A stretch of 64,000 nucleotides of DNA from an uncultured beta proteobacterium. GTDB taxonomy: Bacteria > Pseudomonadota > Gammaproteobacteria > Burkholderiales > SG8-39. Positions 18,688-26,919 of this stretch are shown in pieces (position 1 is the stretch's first letter; each line of letters begins with the position of its first letter). The notes under the pieces are model-generated. The model had not been told where the DNA came from, searched no databases, and saw nothing but the letters and a program-made list of their open reading frames with translations. The translations under genes were made by a program, and so were the position numbers. Location of the stretch: positions 162,633 to 226,632 of the forward strand of contig CAWBNB010000033.1 in the NCBI GenBank assembly GCA_963789885.1, read 5' to 3'.

Positions 18688-20079
18688 ATGGAAGCGGAAT
18701 CCCTGCTGCGGGAGATCACCGACTTCTGCCGTCGAACCGGCGTCGCCGAGTCCACGTTCGGCCGGCTGGCAGTGAACGACGGCAAGTTCGTCAACCGGCT
18801 GCGCGATGGCGGCCGGATCACCACCACGACCTTCGAGCGCGTCCGCTCGTACATCGCCAACGCGCCGGCTTCGGGCCACCCCGGCGAACGGCCGTTCCTG
18901 ATACCTCCTGCGGCCAACGCGCAGCCGGCGGGTAAGCCGGCGCCCGCCGCCGGCTCGCAAACGAGGAACTTCCGGTTCTTCGACAACCGCCAGAAGTACC
19001 TCCTGTTCGTGAGCACCTGCTCCGAGAAGGCGGTGATCGCGCAGCGGGTCGCGATGGAGCTCGCCAACCTGCACCCGCGGCCGCCGGCGGTGCGCCTCTT
19101 CGACGCCGGCGTCGGCGACGGCACCGTGCTTACCCGGACGATGCGGGCGATGCACAGCCGGTTCCCGACGATGCCGTTCTACATCGTGGGCAAGGAGATC
19201 AGCCTCGAGGACGTGCGGCTCGCGCTCGAGAAAATGCCCGACCGGTTCTACGAGCACCCGGCCTCGGTCGTGGTCATGACCAATCTCTACTACCGGGAGG
19301 CGCCGTGGCTCGTCCCCGGATCGGTGACCGCGGCGACGAGCCTCGTCTGGCACGAGGTCGCCCTGACCGGCACTACCGGCCACGAGTTCGAGGAGCAGAT
19401 CACCGCGCTCGGGCCGTTCCTCGCGGAGCACTGGCGCGCGCACGTCAACCCGACGAGCGGCAATCCGGTGTACGAGCGACCTGCGGTCCTGGTGCTCTAC
19501 CGCGACGACCACCGCTTCCTGCTCGACCCGATCATCCCGCGCCGGGGTGGCGCGGCCGCCGACTACGACCTGGTGATCGCCTCGCAGCCCTACCGCGCGC
19601 GCGCGCCGCTGGAGTTCAAGGCCGCGAAGGTCGTCGCGCCGCTCGCGAAAAGCCTCGGTCCCGGCGGCCGGCTGCTCGGCATCCACTCCCACGGCAACGA
19701 CCCCGGCGTCGAGATCCTGCAGGGCATCTGGCCCGGCGAGAACCCGTTCCAGCACGACCGCCACCAGATGCTCAAGGCGGTGAAGGACGCGCTCGGACCC
19801 GCGGCGCGCAACCTCAACTTCAATGCGTACGCGGACGCGCGGTCGCTCTTCCGCTATCACATGCACACGCTGCCCACCGAGATCTCCGAGTCGATCGGCA
19901 CCTCGACCCTGTTTGCCGCGTGGAACGCCGCGATCTACGTGGGCCAGATCGAGGACGCGCGGCTGGAAGAGATCATCCGCGGCACCCGTTACCTCGACGT
20001 CACCGGCGAAGTGCTGCAGAAGCACGGCGGGCTGTGGTTCTGGGACGAGTCGTACGTGATCTCGCGGCGGCGCGACTAG
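18688..20079 (+). CDS. Hypothetical protein: N-terminal HTH-like module plus SAM-methyltransferase-like domain
   Basis: ATG at 18688 preceded by aaggaggagggg; the track ORF starts earlier, at 18604. The N-terminus LLREITDFCRRTGVAESTFGRLAVNDGKFVNRLRDGGRITTTTFERVRSYI looks DNA-binding. A Pro/Ala linker follows. RLFDAGVGDGTVL resembles SAM-binding motif I. No confident family assignment. Confidence 0.7.
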   Translation: MEAESLLREITDFCRRTGVAESTFGRLAVNDGKFVNRLRDGGRITTTTFERVRSYIANAPASGHPGERPFLIPPAANAQPAGKPAPAAGSQTRNFRFFDNRQKYLLFVSTCSEKAVIAQRVAMELANLHPRPPAVRLFDAGVGDGTVLTRTMRAMHSRFPTMPFYIVGKEISLEDVRLALEKMPDRFYEHPASVVVMTNLYYREAPWLVPGSVTAATSLVWHEVALTGTTGHEFEEQITALGPFLAEHWRAHVNPTSGNPVYERPAVLVLYRDDHRFLLDPIIPRRGGAAADYDLVIASQPYRARAPLEFKAAKVVAPLAKSLGPGGRLLGIHSHGNDPGVEILQGIWPGENPFQHDRHQMLKAVKDALGPAARNLNFNAYADARSLFRYHMHTLPTEISESIGTSTLFAAWNAAIYVGQIEDARLEEIIRGTRYLDVTGEVLQKHGGLWFWDESYVISRRRD

Positions 20080-20101
20080 GGCCGACGACCGAGCGGACCA
20101 G

Positions 20102-21028
20102 ATGACCGGGATCCCCGCAGCCGTCGCCGAATCCTCGTCCGTGGACGGCGCGCTCCGCGCGTCGATCGTACGGCTCGCGCGCGGCGCATCGATCGAAACC
20201 TCGACCCGCAACCTCGCCGAGATCGACGGCTACGCCGAGCGGCTGCCGCCCGGCGCCGACGTCTTCGCGGCGTGGCTTCCCGGGACGCCGTACCACCACC
20301 TCGTGAGCGTCGCGAAGCGCCTGCGCCAGGCGGGCCTCAACCCGGTCCCGCATATCGCCGCGCGCCGGCTCGCAAACGAGGAGGCGGCGCGCGAGTTCCT
20401 TGCGCTGCTGCGGGACGAAGCGCAGGTGACGCGGGCGCTGCTCATCGCCGGCGACAGCCGCGTCCCGGTCGGGCCGTTCGACTCGAGCCTCGCGTTCCTC
20501 GAGACCGGGCTCCTCGAGGCGCACGGCATTCGCAGCATCGGCATCGCGGGTTACCCGGAGGGCCACCCGCGGATCGCCGAGAGCGCGCTCGAGGCCGCGC
20601 GCGACCGTAAGCTCGCGTATGCGGCCCGGAACGCGATCGACATCTTCATCGTCTCGCAGTTCTGCTTCGACCCGGAAGCGATCGTCGGCTGGGTCGAGCG
20701 CCTCCGCGCGCGCGGCGTCATGGTGCCGGTGCGCGTGGGCGTGCCCGGCATCGCAACCATCCGCACGCTCCTCAACTACGCCCGGCGGTGCGGCATCGGC
20801 AGCTCGATCCGCGCGCTCGGGTCCGATCCGATCTCGCTGCCCCGGCTGCTCACTCAGCAGGGACCGGAGAAGCTCGTCCGGCGGATTGCAGCGGCGGAAG
20901 CCGGCGCGAGCGTCGCCGGGTTGCACTGCTTCCCGTTCGGCGGGTTCGCGCCGAGCGCGCGCTGGCTGCAACGGGTCGCGGCGGGCCGGTTCCGGGTCGA
21001 CGACACGGGTTTCACGCTCGAGCCCTGA
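20102..21028 (+). CDS. Methylenetetrahydrofolate reductase (MetF)-family protein
   Basis: 308 aa. ..LLIAGDS..., IGIAGYPEGHP and FIVSQFCFD are typical MTHFR TIM-barrel motifs. Confidence 0.8.
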   Translation: MTGIPAAVAESSSVDGALRASIVRLARGASIETSTRNLAEIDGYAERLPPGADVFAAWLPGTPYHHLVSVAKRLRQAGLNPVPHIAARRLANEEAAREFLALLRDEAQVTRALLIAGDSRVPVGPFDSSLAFLETGLLEAHGIRSIGIAGYPEGHPRIAESALEAARDRKLAYAARNAIDIFIVSQFCFDPEAIVGWVERLRARGVMVPVRVGVPGIATIRTLLNYARRCGIGSSIRALGSDPISLPRLLTQQGPEKLVRRIAAAEAGASVAGLHCFPFGGFAPSARWLQRVAAGRFRVDDTGFTLEP

Positions 21029-21104
21029 AGTTCGGCGCGGCCGCGTCGCAACGCGATCGCGTAACATTCGGGCCCTCGTATCGTACCGATCAAGGAGCCC
21101 ACTC

Positions 21105-22223
21105 ATGACCCAGCGCACGACGCCGCCGTACCGCGCCGATCACGTCGGCAGCTTCCTCCGTCCCAAGGCGCTGCTCGACGCGCGCGAGCAGGCGCAATCG
21201 GGCGCGATCTCCCGCGCCGAGCTGCGCAAGGTCGAGGACGCGGCGATCCGCGACATCGTGAAGTTCCAGGAGGACCTCGGCCTGCAGGGCATCACCGACG
21301 GCGAGTTCCGGCGCACCTACTTCCACATCGACTTCCTCGAGCAGCTGGACGGCGTCGAGACGCGCGGCGGCATCACTGCAAGCTTCCACGGCAAGGCGGG
21401 CGACGTCAGCTTCGCACCGCCGGTCATGCACGTGACGGGCAAGGTCCGCCACGCGCGGCCGATCCAGCTCGCCGACTTCGAGTTCCTGAAGGCGGCGACG
21501 AAGCGCGTGCCGAAGGTGACGATCCCGTCGCCGACGATGCTGCACTTCCGCGGTGGTCGCGCCGCGATCAGCAGGGAGGCCTACCCCGACCTCGAGGCGT
21601 TCTACGACGACGTCGCGGCCGCGTATCGCGACGAGCTGAAGCAGCTCGCGGATGCGGGCTGCCGGTACGTGCAGCTCGACGACACCAATCTCGCGTACCT
21701 GTGCGACCCGAAGTTGCGCGAGGGTGCGAAGTCCCGCGGCGACGATCCGGACGAGCTGCCGCGCCGCTACGCGAAGCTCATCAACGCGGCGATCGCCGGG
21801 CGGCCGAAGGACATGGCGGTCTGCGTCCATCTTTGCCGCGGCAACTTCAAGAGCGCGTGGGTGGCCGAGGGCGGCTACGAACCGGTGGCCGAGGCGCTGT
21901 TCCGCGACCTCGCGGTCGACGGCTACTTCCTCGAGTACGACGACGCGCGTTCGGGCGACTTCTCGCCCCTCCGCTTCGTGCCGAAGGGCAAGATCGTCGT
22001 CCTCGGCCTCGTCACCACGAAGGTGGGCGAGCTCGAGAAGAAGGACGACCTCAAGCGCCGCATCGACGAAGCCGCGCGCCATGTGCCGCTCGAGCAGCTC
22101 GCGCTGTCGCCGCAGTGCGGCTTCTCGAGCACGGTGCACGGCAACGAGATCATGCGCGAGTCGCAGGCGGCGAAGCTCCGTCTGATCGTCGAGACCGCGC
22201 GGGAGGTCTGGGGCGCGGCCTGA
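21105..22223 (+). CDS. Cobalamin-independent methionine synthase family protein (single MetE C-terminal-like domain)
   Basis: ATG at 21105 preceded by aaggag. YRADHVGSFLRP..., ITDGEFRR, YVQLDD, VHLCRGN and LSPQCGFS are typical of the short MetE-like (COG0620) proteins. Confidence 0.85.
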   Translation: MTQRTTPPYRADHVGSFLRPKALLDAREQAQSGAISRAELRKVEDAAIRDIVKFQEDLGLQGITDGEFRRTYFHIDFLEQLDGVETRGGITASFHGKAGDVSFAPPVMHVTGKVRHARPIQLADFEFLKAATKRVPKVTIPSPTMLHFRGGRAAISREAYPDLEAFYDDVAAAYRDELKQLADAGCRYVQLDDTNLAYLCDPKLREGAKSRGDDPDELPRRYAKLINAAIAGRPKDMAVCVHLCRGNFKSAWVAEGGYEPVAEALFRDLAVDGYFLEYDDARSGDFSPLRFVPKGKIVVLGLVTTKVGELEKKDDLKRRIDEAARHVPLEQLALSPQCGFSSTVHGNEIMRESQAAKLRLIVETAREVWGAA

Positions 22224-22267
22224 AGCCGTCGCTGCCGCCGCCAGACCCCGCCGGACAGCGATCCGGC

Positions 22268-22281
22268 TTGATCTGGATCAG
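22268..22281. promoter_or_regulatory. FNR/CRP-family box candidate
   Basis: ttgat-ctgg-atcag matches TTGAT-N4-ATCAA at 9 of 10 positions. It lies about 300 nt upstream of napF. Confidence 0.3.
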
Positions 22282-22509
22282 AACCGCCGCCGCCCGTCCG
22301 GGCACCATTGAGTCACTCCTGGTGTTCGGCGGGATGGCCGAAGTCCGCAAGGGCGGTTGGCTTCCCGCCGCTTTTTTTCCCCGAACCCACTAAATTCACT
22401 GCCCGATCCGGGAGGTGATGGCGGAATCGAGCTGACGACCTGGCGCCGCGTCAACCGCTTGCGCCAAGCGCGCGATCGGCCCGCCAGCCGGTAGGGTATC
22501 CTCCCCGGA

Positions 22510-22523
22510 CTGACCAGGATCAA
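22510..22523. promoter_or_regulatory. FNR/CRP-family box candidate (weaker)
   Basis: ctgac-cagg-atcaa matches the consensus at 8 of 10 positions. Its centre is about 60 nt upstream of the napF ATG at 22580. Confidence 0.25.
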
Positions 22524-22579
22524 ACGCCGCGCCGCCCGGGCGCGGCGTACTCGTGGCCCGAGATCGCGCGACCAGAACG

Positions 22580-23059
22580 ATGAGCGGCTTGACGAGGAGG
22601 GGGTTTCTGACCGGACATGTCGCGCGCGCGCGTGGACGTCCCGCGATGCCCTGGTCGCTCACCGAGGACGAGTTCCTCGCGCGCTGCACGCGCTGCAACG
22701 CCTGCGTCGACGCCTGTCCCGAGCACATCGTCGTCCGCGGCTCGGGCGGATTCCCCGAGGTGGACTTTTCCAAGGGTGGCTGCACCTTCTGCGGCCGTTG
22801 TGCCGACGCCTGTGTCCCGCGTGCGCTCGACCGCGCGACGAGCGAGCCCTGGGCGCTGAAGGCGACGATCGGCGCCGGCTGCCTCGCGCGGAGCCGCGTC
22901 GTGTGCCGCTCGTGCGGCGAGCGCTGCGAAGTGCGGGCGATCCGGTTCGCGCTCGCCGCGGGCGGCGTCGGCGAGCCGGTAGTGGATCGCGATCGCTGCA
23001 CGGGCTGCGGCGCGTGCGTCGGGGTGTGCCCGGTGTCCGCGATCGACGTCGCCGCCTGA
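22580..23059 (+). CDS. napF: Ferredoxin-type protein NapF
   Basis: Four Cys clusters: CTRCNACVDACP, CTFCGRCADACV, CRSCGERC and CTGCGACVGVCP. It lies immediately upstream of napDAB. The start could be the ATG at 22580 or the GTG at 22553. Confidence 0.85.
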   Translation: MSGLTRRGFLTGHVARARGRPAMPWSLTEDEFLARCTRCNACVDACPEHIVVRGSGGFPEVDFSKGGCTFCGRCADACVPRALDRATSEPWALKATIGAGCLARSRVVCRSCGERCEVRAIRFALAAGGVGEPVVDRDRCTGCGACVGVCPVSAIDVAA

Positions 23060-23063
23060 GCGG

Positions 23064-23320
23064 ATGGACATCGCGAGCGCGGTCGTTCACGCAGCACCGG
23101 GCCGGAGCGCCGAGGTGCGCGCGCAGCTCGAGCGCCTGCGCGGGATCGAGATCCACGCCGAGACGCCCGAGGGGCGGTTCGTCGTGACCGCCGAGGACAC
23201 GCCCGAAGGCAGCGCGGGCGACGCGATCATGGCCCTGCACCGTCTCGATGGCGTGCTCGCCGCGGCGATGGTCTACCAGTACTGTGAGAGAAGCGCGACG
23301 ACCAGGAGGAGGCGCAATGA
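23064..23320 (+). pseudogene. napD: NapD chaperone with its 3' end out of frame (no in-frame stop before napA)
   Basis: [46 protein letters not shown]...[19 protein letters not shown] is NapD-like. The frame then runs on to 25337, out of frame through napA. Restoring one g in gag-ag-aag (about 23288) gives ..[12 protein letters not shown], with the TGA overlapping the napA ATG (ATGA at 23317-23320). Confidence 0.7.
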
Positions 23321-25809
23321 CGGTCAACCGACGCGACTTCATGAAGGCGAACGCCGCGGCCGCAGCCGCCGCGGCCGCGGGCATCACCCTGCCGGCGGCC
23401 CCGGCCGCCGCGGAGAACGCGGGCGCGGACAAGATCCGCTGGGACAAGGCCGCCTGCCGCTTCTGCGGCACGGGCTGCGGCGTGCTCGTCGGCGTCCAGG
23501 ACGGGCGGGTGGTGGCGACGCAGGGCGACCCCGAGGCCGAGGTGAACCGCGGCCTGAACTGCGTCAAGGGCTACTTCCTCGCGAAGATCATGTACGGCGC
23601 GGACCGGCTCAAAACGCCGCTCCTCAGGAAGAAGGACGGCAAGTACGACAAGAACGGCGAGTTCACGCCGGTCTCGTGGAAGGAAGCCTTCGACGTCATG
23701 GCCGAGAAGTGGAAGGAGGCGCTCCGCAAGGGCGGCCCGACCACGGTCGGCATGTTCGGCTCGGGCCAGTGGACGGTGTGGGAGGGCTACGCCGCGGCGA
23801 AGCTCTACAAGGCCGGGTTCCGCTCGAACAACCTCGACCCGAACGCGCGCCACTGCATGGCTTCAGCGGTCACCGGGTTCATGCGCAGCTTCGGCATGGA
23901 CGAGCCGATGGGCTGCTACGACGACTGCGAGCATGCCGACGCGTTCGTCATGTGGGGCTCGAACATGGCCGAGATGCATCCGGTGATCTGGACCCGGATC
24001 ACCGACCGGCGCCTGCAGCACCCGCACGTCCGGGTGGCGGTGCTCTCGACCTACCAGCACCGCGGCCACGAACTCGCCGACCTCAACATCATCTTCACGC
24101 CGCAGACCGACCTCGCGATCCTCAATTTCATCGCGCACCACATCATCAGCACCGGGCGGATGAACAAGGAGTTCGTGTCGAGGAACGTCAACTTCGTGCG
24201 CGGCAACGACGACATCGGCTACGGCCTGCGGCCGGAGGATCCGCGCGAGCAGAAGGCGAAGAACGCGAAGGACGCGGAGACGATGAAGCCGATCGACTTC
24301 GAGGCCTACGCGAAGTTCGTCTCCGACTACACCGCCGAGAAGGTCGAGCAGCTCTCGGGCGTGCCGGCGCGCCAGCTCGTCGCGCTCGCGGAGCTCTACG
24401 CCGACCCGAAGGTGAAGGTGATGTCGCTGTGGACGATGGGGTTCAACCAGCACACGCGCGGCACCTGGGTGAACCAGCTCTGCTACAACATCCACCTCCT
24501 CACCGGCAAGATCGCCGAGCCGGGCAACAGCCCGTTCTCGCTCACCGGGCAGCCGTCCGCGTGCGGGACTGCGCGCGAGGTCGGCACGTTCTCGCACCGG
24601 CTGCCCGCAGACATGGTGGTGACCAATCCCAAGCACCGCGCCGAGGCCGAGCACATCTGGAAGCTGCCGGCGGGCACGATCCCCGACCGGCCCGGCTATC
24701 ACGCCGTGCTGCAGAACCGGATGCTGAAGGACGGGAAGCTCAACGCCTACTGGGTGATGTGCAACAACAACATGCAGACCGGGGCGAACATCAACGGCGA
24801 GATCTGGCCCGGCTACCGCAACCCGGCGAACTTCGTCGTGGTGAGCGACCCGTACCCGACGGTCACCGCGATGGCGGCCGACCTGATCCTGCCCACCGCG
24901 ATGTGGGTGGAGAAGGAGGGCGCCTACGGGAACGCCGAGCGCCGCACCCAGTTCTGGCGCCAGCAGGTGAAGCCGCCCGGCGAGGCGCGCTCGGACCTAT
25001 GGCAGCTCGTCGAGTTCTCGAAGCGCTTCAAGGTGGAGGAGGTCTGGCCGGCCGAGCTCGTCGCGCAGAGGCCGGAGTACAAGGGCAAGACGCTCTACGA
25101 CGTGCTGTTCGCGAACGGACAGGTCAACAAGTTCCCGGTCAAGGAGGTGCAGCCCGGCTTCGAGAACGACGAATCGCGGGACTTCGGTTTCTATCTGCAG
25201 AAGGGGCTCTTCGAGGAGTACGCGAGCTTCGGGCGCGGGCACGCGCACGACCTCGCGCCGTTCGACGCCTATCACAAGGTGCGCGGGCTGCGATGGCCGG
25301 TCGTGGACGGGAAGGAGACCAAGTGGCGCTACCGTGAGGGCTATGACCCGTACGTCAAGAAGGGCGAGGGCGTGAAGTTCTACGGCAAGCCCGACGGCAA
25401 GGCGATCGTGATCGCCGTGCCGTACGAGCCGCCGCCGGAGGTGCCGGACAAGGAATACGACCTCTGGCTCTGCACGGGCCGCGTGCTCGAGCACTGGCAC
25501 AGCGGATCGATGACGCGCCGGGTGCCGGAGCTGCATCGCGCGGTCCCCGAGGCGGTCGTGTTCATGCATCCCGCGGACGCAAAGAAGCGCGGCCTCCTCA
25601 ACGGCATGGAAGTGCGGGTTAGTTCGCGGCGCGGCGACATCTACGCCCGTGTCGACATCCGCGGCCGCAACGAGCCGCCCGAGGGGTTGGTGTTCGTACC
25701 GTTCTTCGATGAGGGACGGCTCGTGAACAAGCTCACGCTCGACGCGACCTGTCCGATTTCGAGAGAGACCGACTACAAGAAGTGCGCCGTACGCGTGACC
25801 AAGGCCTGA
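23317..25809 (+). CDS. napA: Periplasmic nitrate reductase catalytic subunit NapA
   Basis: Tat signal [27 protein letters not shown]; 4Fe-4S motif [10 protein letters not shown]; molybdopterin oxidoreductase motifs throughout. 830 aa and intact. Confidence 0.95.
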   Translation: MTVNRRDFMKANAAAAAAAAAGITLPAAPAAAENAGADKIRWDKAACRFCGTGCGVLVGVQDGRVVATQGDPEAEVNRGLNCVKGYFLAKIMYGADRLKTPLLRKKDGKYDKNGEFTPVSWKEAFDVMAEKWKEALRKGGPTTVGMFGSGQWTVWEGYAAAKLYKAGFRSNNLDPNARHCMASAVTGFMRSFGMDEPMGCYDDCEHADAFVMWGSNMAEMHPVIWTRITDRRLQHPHVRVAVLSTYQHRGHELADLNIIFTPQTDLAILNFIAHHIISTGRMNKEFVSRNVNFVRGNDDIGYGLRPEDPREQKAKNAKDAETMKPIDFEAYAKFVSDYTAEKVEQLSGVPARQLVALAELYADPKVKVMSLWTMGFNQHTRGTWVNQLCYNIHLLTGKIAEPGNSPFSLTGQPSACGTAREVGTFSHRLPADMVVTNPKHRAEAEHIWKLPAGTIPDRPGYHAVLQNRMLKDGKLNAYWVMCNNNMQTGANINGEIWPGYRNPANFVVVSDPYPTVTAMAADLILPTAMWVEKEGAYGNAERRTQFWRQQVKPPGEARSDLWQLVEFSKRFKVEEVWPAELVAQRPEYKGKTLYDVLFANGQVNKFPVKEVQPGFENDESRDFGFYLQKGLFEEYASFGRGHAHDLAPFDAYHKVRGLRWPVVDGKETKWRYREGYDPYVKKGEGVKFYGKPDGKAIVIAVPYEPPPEVPDKEYDLWLCTGRVLEHWHSGSMTRRVPELHRAVPEAVVFMHPADAKKRGLLNGMEVRVSSRRGDIYARVDIRGRNEPPEGLVFVPFFDEGRLVNKLTLDATCPISRETDYKKCAVRVTKA

Positions 25810-25820
25810 GGGGCGCGCCG

Positions 25821-26255
25821 ATGATCCGGATCCTCTTCCTCGCCGCCGCCGTTGCCGCGTTCGCGCTCCCGGGCTTCGCGCAGGAAGCGAAGCAGCCCGT
25901 GGTGAAGCCGATCCGCGGCGACACGCCGATCCCCGAGACGAATCACTCGGGCACCTATCGCATGGAGCGCCACGACCGGCCGGTGGCGCGGAACTACGCG
26001 CAGCAGCCCCCGATCATCCCGCACAACATCAAGGGCTACCAGATCACGAAGAACGTCAACATGTGCATGGCTTGCCACGCGAAGACCGCGGCGCCGACCA
26101 CCGGGGCAACTCCGGTCGGGAAATCGCACTACCTCGATCGCGAAGGCAAGGAGTCGGTGAACATTTCGACGCGGCGCTACTTCTGCCTGCAGTGCCATAT
26201 CCCGCAGTTCGACGCCGACCCGCTGGTGTCGAACACCTTCAAGCCGGCGCAATAG
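25821..26255 (+). CDS. napB: Dihaem cytochrome c NapB
   Basis: Signal peptide MIRILFLAAAVAAFALPGFA; two CxxCH motifs (CMACH, CLQCH); PPIIPH motif. Confidence 0.9.
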   Translation: MIRILFLAAAVAAFALPGFAQEAKQPVVKPIRGDTPIPETNHSGTYRMERHDRPVARNYAQQPPIIPHNIKGYQITKNVNMCMACHAKTAAPTTGATPVGKSHYLDREGKESVNISTRRYFCLQCHIPQFDADPLVSNTFKPAQ

Positions 26256-26263
26256 AGTCGACC

Positions 26264-26900
26264 ATGGCGAACGATTTCGAGGTCAGGCGGCGCGGCTGGA
26301 AGCGGTGGATCCCCGCCTGGGTGTGGCGCATCGGACCCTGGACGGCGGTGGCGCTCTTCGCCGCCGGCATCGTGTTCTGGGGCGGCTTCAACTGGGCGTT
26401 CGAGCTCACCAACACCGAGAACGTTCTGCACCTCGTGTCACGAGATGGAGGAGAACGTCTTCAAGGAGTACCGGCACACGATCCACTACACGAACCGGTC
26501 GGGCGTGCGCGCCACCTGCCCCGATTGCCACGTGCCGAAGGAATGGGGCCCGAAGATCGTCCGCAAGATCCAGGCCTCGAACGAGGTCCTCCACAAGGTG
26601 CTCGGCAGCATCGACACGCCGGAGAAGTTCCAGGCGAAGCGCTGGGCGCTCGCCGAGCACGAGTGGGCGCGGATGCGGGCGAACAATTCGCAGGAATGCC
26701 GCAATTGCCACAACTTCCAGTACATGGACCTGAGCGAGCAGGGGCGGCGGGCGAACGCGACGCATTCGGTCGCCTTCACCGAAGGCAAGACCTGCATCGA
26801 CTGCCACAAGGGGATCGCGCACCAGCTGCCGCCGATCGACCAGGCGATCGGTGCGCCGCGCGTTGAGCCGTCGGCGGGGAAGTTCGCCCCGCCTCGCTAG
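26264..26900 (+). pseudogene. napC: Tetrahaem quinol dehydrogenase NapC with a 1-nt insertion in the first haem motif
   Basis: The frame of ATG 26264 reads ..[19 protein letters not shown] and then nonsense. Removing the g at 26423 restores [42 protein letters not shown]...CRNCH...[10 protein letters not shown]. That is the frame of ORF 26445..26900. Confidence 0.85.
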
Positions 26901-26919
26901 GCGCGGCGCTGCAGCCGCA

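Noticed and set aside
22396-23097. Minus-strand ORFs opposite napF (22396..23097 and 22520..23071).
   Set aside because: They are shadow frames of napF, which has four clear ferredoxin Cys clusters on the plus strand.
23064-25337. 757-aa ORF starting with NapD-like sequence.
   Set aside because: Only the first ~75 codons are NapD-like. The rest is an out-of-frame read-through of napA (Arg/Gly/Pro-rich nonsense). It is treated as napD with a lost stop, not as a real long protein.
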